Shown: positions 53,315 to 64,000 of the stretch, in pieces
Layout of the letters: each line of letters opens with the position of its first letter
How positions within the stretch are numbered: the stretch's first letter is position 1
Source of the DNA: Vicugna vicugna
Taxonomy: Eukaryota
Direction: 5' to 3'
Length of the DNA stretch: 64,000 bases
Assembly (NCBI GenBank): GCA_013265495.1
Contig: MU058257.1
Coordinates: 441,418-505,417 of the forward strand
Program-made: the position numbers and the translations under genes
The notes under the pieces: model-generated
Database searches by the model: none
What the model was told of the DNA's origin: nothing
Seen by the model: only the letters and a program-made list of their open reading frames with translations

Positions 53315-55401
53315 CCCGCTCCTCAGGCCGCCGCCGCGCCCTCTCCCTCCGGAAGCGCATTCCTCCCGGGCTGCGTCAGCTGCGCCGGCCGCGGGGGAGG
53401 GGCTGGAGGAGGGGCGACGCCGGGCGGCGGGGATGGGGAGGGCCGCGCGCCCCGACAAAGAGCGCGCGGGCCCAGGCGACCCCTTCCGTGGCAGCAGAGG
53501 GAGGCTGGGACAAGGCTCTGCGCCCCCGCGCGCCGCGGTGTCCCCCAGCCAGGGAATTCGAGGCCCCCAGCTCCTGCTCCGCCTGTCGTGGTGCTGCTTC
53601 CCCACAGTCGCACGTCTCCCCGGCCCCCCGTCCGTCCGCTTACCCCAGACTGGCCGGTTTCACACCCTGCCTGCGGGGATCCCCTTGCCTTCGGCGGCTA
53701 CAGACAGTTAGTCACCACCCTGTAAGGCTTCGTGGGGCCAAAAACGCTTTCCTTTTGAAAGGAGGGTAGCTAAGCCCGATACTGTTTTTCTGGAGTCATG
53801 GTCTGCTTGACTCCTGTCTTGAAGAAAAGGGAAGACTTGGGGAGGAGATGGGCGCCAGCAAAGATGGAGACGAGAAAAGTTTCAGAGAAAACTGGTGAGT
53901 TAGAGAGCTGCTTTTGCTAGATCATCAGGAGGTCCATTTATGAGGAGCCGGGATGAGAAGGAAAGGTTTCATCCTTAATAACAGTTTCTGCTTATCCTCG
54001 CTTTGTTTTAGTAGGTGGACTTGGGGGCTGGAGAAGGGACATTTAAGAGAAGGGAAACATTTCATTATGAGCGTGGCTGGGCACATTTGGATATGACGGT
54101 AGAAACCAGTGCCAAGCGACATCAAAACGCAACCCGGTAACTCAGTGCGGTGATGGCAAGCTGCCATCCCGTTAGCACAAAATGAGTTGCCACGTGGTGA
54201 GCTGTAGCACCCTATGGGACTAGAACGCGAGTCGAGATTTGTCAAACTGAGACGCAGTGTTTCACTCTGGGGCGACTGGAAGCCGCGATGCCCACTGGGT
54301 GCCAATCTTAAATAAGAGAAGAGGAAATAGAACTCTCCCACCTATGGTCGGTTTGCACGTTGCTGGCCAGCAAAGTCAAAACTATTGGTTAGTCTCTGAA
54401 GACCAATAGTCTTCAGAGTCTAAAGAAACGAGGATGGTTTTTCCCACTTAATGGATGACCAAGGCTAAGAGACTAAATGATCTTTCTATATTAATAACCC
54501 AATGATGCAGAGGCCAGGAGACCCATTCTTACATTTAGAGGGATTGGTTGTACCACTTTTCACAATGACTCAGCACTGGCCTGGTCTCAGCAAAGATTAG
54601 AGTTCTAAAGGTAAAGTATAATTTATCTATGCTTGATTTGCATGACATTTCCCAGAACTTTCCTCCCTGTGTGATTTGAGGATTCCATCTTTGCTACTGG
54701 AACATTACAACATCCACATTTGCACAGCACTAAGCTAAATTAGTTCAAGGGCACTTTAATCATCTTTCTAATCCCAGTGTCAAACACTGTTCCAGGTCAC
54801 ATAACAGAGGCTCAGCTGATATTCGAGAGACAAATAAAGGGTCCCTTTGCTCGCTCTGGGGCCACACCAGACCATTTGGCCAAACTGAAGTGTGAGTAGC
54901 AATTTACGTACAGAAGTCACAAGCTTTGAGGAAACAGGAAATTAAAGAACAGGTCCTCTAGGAGGAGCAGTAATTGGTCAGGATGGTGACTCGCCCTGTC
55001 ATTTTATATCAATATTAACCAGTGGACAGTTAGCTAACTGTAAAATGTATGATCACCCCAAACAAAGGTTGGTCAGTCTCACCATGTTAAACAGGAATTC
55101 CTAGTAGGTTGGAATAGTGAAGGTCATGTTGCTAAATCATGTCCTGATAGGTATCTATCTTGAATTAAAGGCAGATCGTACTTTACCTCCACTCTTGCCC
55201 AGTTATAAATTATCTTCTGCCATTTCTTAAATTATAATGTCAAATAATTAAAAATTTGCCTTTTCTTTAGTTTTGGCATACTGCAACATGCTCTTCAAAA
55301 TGTATCTTTCTTCACCTACGGTTTTTCAAAGTAAAGTCTCAGAGTTGCTCACCAGCAGAGACTTTACGGGATGGCCAGGTTCATTTTGCTGCAGAAAAAT
55401 G

Positions 55402-55901
55402 TGTTACAGATGGGGGCTACAGCTCAGTTGTGACAGCAGTCTGGATCCGGGCAAGAGACCAAGCAGCACTCAGAGGATTGGAGAACTCAGGTTTATTACA
55501 CTACCAGGCCCAGGAAAGTTAACACTTCAAACTCTGGACCCCTTCTGTAGGTTTACACAGGCTTTTATAGGCTGCCAGCTTATACTTTGCAACATCATAT
55601 GCAAATAAGGTATAACAAAAGTTGACGAATTAGGAACAAGCTTTGTAAAAATGGACCAATCAGGAGTGAAGGAAATAACCAGTCAGGATGAGCTCAGGGA
55701 ACAAATAGAATTTTAGGTGTAAGTTCCACTTTCCTAGAATAAGCCATTTCCGAGGCAAAAAGTGAGATAGAGCCTCTGGGCCAGGGAACCGGATGGTGTT
55801 GGCAGGAGAGTAGTGGCCCTGCTTGGGGGCCCTGCCATTTTTTTTTAATGGGGCTTCGCAACTCAATTTCAATCCATGTTTAATTCTCATTTCTACTTAC
55901 A
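55402..55901 (-). mobile_element. ERV solo LTR (~500 bp)
   Basis: TG...CA termini (tgttacag ... cttaca); on the minus strand TATAAAA (55563-55569) precedes AATAAA (55492-55497) at LTR-like spacing; CCAAT ~55656; octamer ATGCAAAT 55599-55606. Confidence 0.75.
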
Positions 55902-56455
55902 ATTAAGGAATACGTTTACACAAATGAAAGGAACCGCTAACATTTAGTCAAGCACAGAAGAGGATAAAGTCTTCTCTAGAAACCAGAGTATCTCTTTCAG
56001 ACAATGGGATCACAGTTGGGTCACTGATTTAGATCTAGTATGTCACATTTAATTATGTGATTGTGGAAGACAGGATTGGGAGTGGGAGAGAGTCAATGTT
56101 ACTTCGGAGTGGAGAGATGTCTCTCTTGTAGTTTGAGCACTCTCAGGACTCAGCCTATCAAATACTGCCCTATCCAGTGAGCCACAATTCATCCCCTGAC
56201 AACTTGAAGCCTTTTCAATCTTTTGACAATGGATACAACCCTAAACAGTGTAACATTCTACACGCAAATAGTTTAGCACACATTTACTTATAAATAATTT
56301 CCCAAGTGCGATAATCGTATCTCTTGGGCCAGACCGTATGGGGTTACAGCAAAGGATAAATACCTCCATTGTGCGAACAGAAGTAGACCCAAGACCGAAA
56401 TGTTTTGGTCTTGACAATGGCTGGTGTGTTTCATACCAGATCAGTTTTAAATAAG

Positions 56456-56589
56456 CAGGGCGACTTTGTATCCCAGTATGCCCATGATAGCCCCAGCCTG
56501 TCTGTTGTCCAAACACAATTATTAATAGCCCCCGTTTTTATTCTCAAAAGTACATCCTGATATAGATGATAGATTATACGGTCACCCTG
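56456..56589 (-). mobile_element. hAT MITE (MER96-like)
   Basis: TIRs cagggcgac/gtcaccctg; 8-bp TSD taaataag/taaataaa (7/8 match); internal sequence resembles the recalled MER96 consensus. Confidence 0.75.
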
Positions 56590-58959
56590 TAAATAAAAGT
56601 GTCCAGATCACGAGGAACAGGAAAAGTAATTATCGCAATCCAAAGTAATTATCGTCAGTCAGGTCCCAGGTTTATAGGTGCAATAGGCAACAGGAAAGAT
56701 GTGTGAGAAAGATGCCCTAGAAAAGATTTCCTAGGAGATTTAATGAAAGAAGATCCTTGCAAGTAGTGTGGCGGATCAACAGACTGGGTCTTAAATACCA
56801 TTGTGTCTGTGATGGCTTCTGGAGCTGACTGACGCAGTGGCTGGGGAAGGCCTCAGCTACTTTTCTAAGAACTGTTTCTACATGGTGATCTGGATATATT
56901 TTCCTCATGTGCCACCTCCAGGTACTCAGAATGTAACACCTCCTTTAAACAAAGAAAAAAAATGAACAGATAAGGTTAGAAGGAAAAGGGGTCTCTGATG
57001 CTGCCCTGGAACACTAATGTGGACAAGCTTCTGAATCATAAATAACCCCACTCCTTTTATGAAGACACTTAACTCCATCTATTAAAATGTGAATCTGTGT
57101 GCCCTGGGTTTAAAAACAAACAAACAAAATAGCCCTGGGAATTACTGACATTTTGAAAAACAAGAAAGTGTGAGACAGTCCTTCCAGTTCCTCCTTTTTC
57201 TGTCTCCAAATATGCAAATAATCTAATAATGCAAAGAAACTGTAAGTTCGTGTATTTTGCAACGGTCTATTTTTGGCTTGGGGGCTTTGATTTAGTGAGT
57301 GTTTCTCAGTGCCCCGTTACAGTCGCCAGAGGGACCATGAGAAATTCAGCTCCCCAGGAGGGAGGGGCAAGCAACTGTGTCTGTGTGGTAGGTGGCTGTG
57401 TCTTAGACCAGCCGGTCCAGGGCTTTAGTTAGGATTTTATTCCTTTGCTTATTTAAAAGTAAGGTGGAAAAGTGTCAGGACAGTCTGTCCTTATAGCTTA
57501 TGGCTAGCCATTGGGTCTTTCCCTTTTCTAGGTAGCTCAGAGTTTCTGGGTTAGGGCTTTGAATACGGGTCGTGGGTGAGTAAGGCTGTCTCAACTGTGC
57601 TGCTTCCTGTTTTCCATAGATAGCGTCCCGGGTTTTTTCTTGCTCAGTCCATGGAGTTCTGCCTCCTCTGGGCATGAGCATTCCCTGCCAGCTTTCAGAT
57701 GCTGAACATTTTTAAGAGCCCAGAGGGAACAGTGTTTTCAGGCAGCTCTTTTCAGACACTGAGTTTCTTCAGCTGGAGAAGGGAATGTGCCTTCCCAAAA
57801 AAGAATGAAGAATATGCCAAATATAAACAGTCCAATCACGCCGGAGTTTTTTTGGGAACCAGGGTTGCTCAGTACAGGAAATTATGGTGCTACTAGTGAG
57901 TGATGGCTAGGGACCATAAGACAGTAATATTTCTGTCCTCATTTAATTGCTTTTGAGTATCTTGAGAAAATTTAGCAATCTGAATTAGGAGCAGCTTAAT
58001 TTTAGGCCAGATTCATTCAGAAGTCAGTCAGCTATGTTAACGGAAAAGTTTGTGTGTTTGGTAAGTAATATAGCCCTCCTCCCCCACATTAATCTCATAA
58101 CATATTGTCCAAAATTGAGTTCTTGCCGTGTGCTCATGTATGGGAAACCCTGAGTCCCTGAACCCCCAAAACTATAGACAAAATTTCACTTATACATATA
58201 GATCTGCAATTGTGCAGGTAATTCTGGTTTTAGTGGGATCTTAATGCTCAAAAAGTAAGAATCACTATTTTAGTAACTTACAGTGAAAAAGAATATGAAA
58301 ACAAATATATGTATGTTCATGTAAGAATGAATTTTTAAGCACAGATAAGATCCATCCCTTTTATAAGCCTAAACAAATTTTTTGTTTTTGTGGTGCTCTG
58401 GTATCTTGACTTGTACATTAGCTACTCCTATCTGAAACAATTCTTTAAACATCAGATAAACCTCCAATATTTTGTGATAACAAGATTTCCCCTGCAGTGT
58501 TATATAACCTGTAGGAAGTAGAACAGAGAAAGCACAGTCCTTTGGGATCAACCACACGACTAAAGAGTGTGCTGTTTGTGCTTGCTATTCAAGGTAAAAC
58601 AAACTTCAAAGAGAAACCGGAACATTTTATTTCAAATTTCCAGCTTACATACTAGGAATTTAATGCCTTCAAATTATACCTAAAAATCACCCTGCTTAAA
58701 ACCTGTTGTCAATTTTTAATTAGATTGAGAACAATGTTATATTAATTGTAACTATACTTCCCAGAACACTTCATTTAGCATTCAGAGTAGCCAGCCCCGT
58801 GCTGCTGCTGCTTTGGAACTTCTGCATCACTGGTGGCTGGTGTCATAGGCTTTCTGGGCTATGCTCACAAGAATTCCCTATTTATAACTGCTTATGACAG
58901 CCACATGCCTAAAATGTCACCTACACTGTTTTTCTCATAGTCAGAACATTGAAATTTCA

Positions 58960-59680
58960 CCAGGAGGGAGAAGATATTTGCAAAAGATGAATCTGATAAA
59001 GGACTGTTCTCCGAAACATGCAGAGAACTCTTAAAATTTAGCAATAAGAAAACAAACAACCCGATTGAAAAAAATGGGCCAAAGACCTTAACAGACACCT
59101 CACCAAAGGAGATATAAGAAATTTAAAAAAGCATACAAAGAGATGCTTTACATCATATGTCATTAGGGAATTGCAAAATAAAACAATGAGATACCACAAC
59201 ACAAATACTAGAATGTCCACTTTGGGAGCACTGACACCACCAAATGTTGGTGAGGCTGTGGAGCAACAGGAACTCTCATTCACTGCTGGTGGGAATCCGA
59301 AATAGTTCAGCCACTTTGGAAGAGAGTTTGGCAGTTTCTTACAAAATTAAGCATACTCTTCCCATATGTTCTAGCAAGCACCCTCCTTGGTGATTGACCC
59401 TCCTCCAAAAGGAGTTGAAAAATGTCCACCCAAAAAATTGCACACAGATGTTTAGAATGACTTAGTCATAACTGCCAAAACCTGAAAGCAACCAAGATGT
59501 CGATCAGTAAGTGAAGGAACAAATAAACCATGGTACATTCAGTGCTGAAAAGAAATAAGCTATCAAGCTATGATAAGACATGGAGGAAACTTAAATGAAT
59601 ATTACTAAGTGCAAGAAGCCAATCTAGAAAGGCTACATGCTGTATGATTCTAACTGACATTCAGGAAAAGGCAAAATTGA
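58960..59680 (+). mobile_element. Older L1M, ORF2 3' end and 3' UTR
   Basis: 'gggagaagatatttgcaaa...atctgataaaggact...ggaactctcattcactgctggtgggaat...gaagccaatctagaaaggctacatgctgtatgattc'. Confidence 0.85.
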
Positions 59681-61400
59681 TTAAATGAATTCTAACACGT
59701 GCATGGAATGAAATAACCAGCAGCGTTAAAGGAGAATGAGTGAAAGCTAACGCTCTAATCTGTTCTTACAAACAATGATCGGTACATATGTGTAAACTAA
59801 AAAAAAAAATGTGCAGTATATTGTATGTATGTATGTATATGCAATATAATGTATATGTGCAGTCAAACTAATAACTCTGCATAATAAAACTGAAAAAGAA
59901 ATTTAAAATAACAATAATAAAAAATAAACAAAAGCATTTTGCAAACATTCTTTAAAAAAGAAAAAAAGAAAGAATGAGTTAGACCTGAATGTATTTTATG
60001 GAAAGATAGTTGATAGTTATTATGTGTACATAATGACCAGGCTGAAGAACACATCTTCCCTCCCTCCAAAACATAAGCCTTTAATACCAGAAAAAAGATT
60101 TGAGGCTATTTCTGAAAATAAGTATCTACCTCAAAATAAACCCTCCTTTCCAAGACAGTAAACTGACGTTTCTAGGAAAGGATTCGTTCTTCCAAAGACC
60201 TTGGCTTTTAGAGTGAAGCAAACCTAGTGCAGACTTTCCTTCTTTAAGAAGCAGTTGTGTGTCAGTCAGAGACGGTAGTCAGTCCTAGACAGTACAGAGG
60301 AGACCCACTAATTTATAGGTAAATCTCTGTGGATTGCTAACATTATGGAAAACAGAATTAGTATCAAAAGCAGATCAGTGTCTGGGAGAGTGAATCAGAA
60401 AAAAAAAAAGAAAAACGCAGAAGAAATAAATGACAACATGAACAAGACAATTTACATGAACTCAAGATGGAAACCGTTTGTCTACAGATTTGACAGATGG
60501 GTGAACAGTGACAGTGCAAACCCAATGACAAATGCCAGTGTGGAAATGGCACGCCTGCAGACCCCACTACAGTGCTCTAGAAGAATCAAGAAGGTCCTTG
60601 TGTTTAAACTGCATAGATAAGTTATCATTCACTTGAATCTAGCCTCTTACAAATCCCATTCATGCACCTGCAAATCTAATTTCAAGAATCATCCTTTACA
60701 TCTTTGGTACCACATCAATGTTCTGTCTGCCTTTTCTTGTATTTCCGCCCCCCTCTCCTGCCCTCCTGAGCAGAAGTCAGCTGGGGAAGGAGACAGAACA
60801 GCAGCAGCTGCTTTCTGCAAAGTTTTGGGATTGAATATGCCATTTTTAGAACGTGAGGACGACCCCAAAAGCCCTCTGGTGGAGCTGTTTCCAGGGCAGA
60901 AAAGTCTTTCCCTGCCTGTGGTATTTTGCAAAACAGCTGACGTAGCGTAGCATAGAAGCTTGCACTTTGAGGTCAACAAACCTGGAACCTCACCGCGTCT
61001 CTGAGCCTTCGCTTTTTCACCTGTTACCTGAAGTTAGTAACGACCTTCCTCTCAGGGTGTTTATGGACGATGAAGTAGATGAGACTATACATGTGACGGG
61101 AGAGTCCCATGAAGTACTATCAGTAACCAAAGCAGCAGTGCGGGTGCCTCGTTTCCCTCCCTTCCTCTAAAAGGCCTTCCAAGACCACAGGTGAGCACCG
61201 GCTTGCAGGCCCGCTGGCCTGGTTGGCGAGCCAACACCCTGGGCTGCTGCTTTGTCCCGAGCGCCTTACTGTCTTTGTCGTGTGATCTCCTGAGGGGCTG
61301 GTCAGATGCTTCTAAGAATAATGTGTAAAGTACTAATCACTTCAGAGCAATGGGAAAAGTTCAGAGAGGAGCCACAGGGAAGATGAAAGGGCAGGGGCCT

Positions 61401-62255
61401 AAAAAACAAAGGGAAATGCAAATGAAAACTACAACGAAGTATCACCTCACACCAGTCAGAATGGCCAGCATTCAAAAGCCCACCAACAATAAATGCTGGA
61501 GGGGGTGTGGAGAAAAGCGAGCCCTCCTACACTGTTGGTGGGAAGGCAGTTTGCTGCAGCTGTGATGGAGAACAGTATGGAGATTCCTCAAAAGACTGAA
61601 AATAGACTTACCCTATGACCCAGCAACCCCACTTCTGGGCATACATCCTGAGGGGACCTTAATTCAGAAAAATGCATGCACCCCAATGTTCATAGCAGCA
61701 CTATTTACAGTAGCCAAGACATGAATATAACCTAAATGTCCATCAATAGAAGACTGGATAAAGAAGTTGTGGTATATTTATACAATGGAATACTATTCAG
61801 CCATAAACAAGAATAAAATAATGCACCAACATGGATAGACCTGGAGATCATCATTCTAAATGAAGTAAGCCAGAAAGAGAAGGACAAATACCATGTGAAT
61901 ACCATATCTGGAATCTACAAAAGTGACACATGCAAACTTACTTACAAAACAGAAAAAGACTCACAGAAAACAAACTTATGGTTACCAGTGGGGGAAGGGG
62001 GTGAAAAGGGATAAATTGGGAGTTCAAGATTTGCAGATACAAACTAACATATATAAAATAGGTAAACAAGTTCATCCTGTACAGCACAGGGAACTATATT
62101 CAATATCTTGTAGTAACTTATGGTGAAAAAGAATATGAAAATGAATGACTTAAGTATTATGCTGTACACCAGAAATTGACACAACATTACAAACTGACTA
62201 TACTTCAGTAAAAAAATATATATACAGAGAACCAAAAAAAAAAAAAAAAACAAAA
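61401..62255 (+). mobile_element. LINE-1 3' end with A-tail, same family as the 10.7-11.5 kb segment
   Basis: Peptide [34 protein letters not shown]; shares 'gagattcctcaaaagactgaaaatagacttaccctatgacccagcaacccc' with the first L1. Confidence 0.9.
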
Positions 62256-63651
62256 CCCCACAACTGAAGGGAAAAACCAGAGCAAGTAGGATGGTGGAAC
62301 CAGGAAAAGGAAAAGCTGGTTACGACCGATAACAGCCTTCAAGTGCCCCTGGGCTATTATATAAAGTAGAACCATTCAGCCATGTTCTCTTTGGCACTCA
62401 GAATTTATCTGCCACCGTGCACCTGGGGACCCACACCCTGCTGACCAAACTGGGCCCAGGAGGAGCAGGGCTTAAAGAGATTAGATCTGAATAAAATCCA
62501 GAAGCCAAAAAAATAGGAGAGAGGAGAGAAAAGGGACTGCTTCAAACCCGGCCTAAGGGTGATCTTTGCAGCTTAGAGGCGGACTGTGCCAGGAGGAATT
62601 TGGCCCCAGAGCTATCAGAGGTCACTGGTTGGTGTTCACAGTTTAACTGTACAGTTTTCATTAGTTGTATCAACTGGAGTAGAACCGAGAGCAGTTGGCA
62701 CCTTGGCTAAGGGGTGAGCGGGGCTCCTGCAGGCGCGGTCCAGGACTGAGTCAGTGCCTGGCCCCGCCGGGCCTGCAAGTTCTCTTTTGTCATTGAACAC
62801 AGTCATTTGAATAAAAGGCAAAAAAAAAAAAAAAAAACCGCTTACTTTCGTATAGAAAAAAATCTCCCACCTCTAGGGGGAAAAAAGTCAGCTTCTGGTG
62901 GCGGTGAGGAGAATGAGGTCTCAAAGCCACAGCTCAGAGACAGAACATGGAAGTTGGCAAGAAATGAAATATCTGGGTGCAGCACTGGTGTGTGGGTGTG
63001 GGTGTAGGTGGGTGGGTGGGTGGAAGTTCTACAGAGAAGCAGTAAAAGTGAGTGCGCCAGAGGAGAATGATTCAAGTGAGAGGGAACGCTTCAGGGATGG
63101 CTGAACGGCTGGTGATTTTGTGTGTCTGTGTGCGGAAAACACCCTCCACGTGACGAAAATGAAGTGCTTCAGTCCTGCTGGAACAGCCAGACCATCTCAG
63201 ACACAGTCTGACACATTGCAGTCCTGTGGTCCAAGTGGAGTACCAGGGTGGGGGGAGGTCCAGCTCTTCTGAGACTCCACAGTGGAGAAGCGTAGTGTAC
63301 ATCCAGCCCTTGGATTCTGGTTAAATAAGATGAAGAATCATAGAGTAGGAATTAGTCATTGAGGTTGTGGAATCATCTACATCTCTGGGGATCTTTACAA
63401 ACAGGCTCTATGCTTCTTTGCCTCTGAGCAGTTTAAGTAATTCATGCTTGATTCATACATTTCTGATCCTTCCCTTTACTTCGAGATTTTCAGAGTTTGG
63501 GGTGCTCTTTGCCTTGGGCTCTTAAGGAGGAAATTGGAGCTAGCATGAGGCTGGCAGAGCAGAAAGCAGCTTTTTTTCCCCAGATGTTACACTTAAGACA
63601 AGTCCAAACATCAAGAAACACTTAATTATAAACATTAAGAAACACCTACTT

Positions 63652-63780
63652 GGGGCTGTGGGGATAGTGCAGTGGTAGAGCACGTGCTTAGAGTCTTGGG
63701 TTCGATCCCCTGTACCTCCATTAAAAATAAATACAAAATAAATAAATAGCCCTAATTACCTCCCCCTCCCCCCAAAAAAC
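63652..63780 (+). mobile_element. tRNA-derived SINE (vic-1-like)
   Basis: TAGTGCAGTGGTAGAGC, GGTTCGATCCCC, tail 'ccctaattacctcccc'. Confidence 0.8.
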
Positions 63781-64000
63781 ACTTAGTGATATTATTATCA
63801 TAAAAGATGACATGGATTCGAGACTGAGACCACAGCCTTTAGGGGAGGATAACTAATCTAAGAGACAGCCTGCAGTGTAAATTAGAGCGACCATCTTAAC
63901 CCTGTTGAAAGTCTTGCAGCTGCTAAATCATGATGTTATGCAAAAATAGGTGGGAAGCAAACAGCTTTTGCTGCTAATGCCATTTTGATTAGATTCTGAT

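Larger units (their letters stand above)
52480..53700. promoter_or_regulatory. ITGB1: CpG island / ITGB1 promoter, no obvious TATA box, multiple GC boxes
   Basis: Very high GC and CpG density; GGGCGG/CCGCCC boxes; spans exon 1. Confidence 0.93.

Noticed and set aside
52227..53769. Long Gly/Ala/Arg/Pro-rich ORFs over the promoter
   Set aside because: Expected stop-codon depletion in a CpG island; some span the N gap

Overview
Mammalian genomic DNA, probably camelid, inferred from three ~120-130 bp tRNA-derived SINEs ending in a CCTAATTACCT tail that resembles the vic-1 family. The main feature is the complete integrin beta-1 gene (ITGB1) on the minus strand. It has a CpG-island promoter and non-coding exon 1 at ~53.1-53.3 kb and 15 coding exons from 36426 to 15329, all GT-AG, totalling 2397 nt (798 aa, beta1A). 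It also carries the muscle-type beta1D cassette exon (20017-20097) and a 3' UTR ending near 14.2 kb. Beyond the 3' end of the gene lie adjacent ERV LTRs, a frameshifted unprocessed PTCHD3-like exon-1 fragment (2613-2892), a ~5.1 kb 33-bp minisatellite with higher-order blocks (3226-8310) and a decayed L1 containing a SINE. Other oddities are a strong exon-to-exon GC3 mosaic in ITGB1, an apparently identical 513-bp tandem duplication in intron 1, and a solo LTR with TATA and octamer motifs pointing at the ITGB1 promoter. No prokaryote-type system (CRISPR, operon) is present. Repeat-family names and protein homologies come from recognition by eye and need database confirmation.
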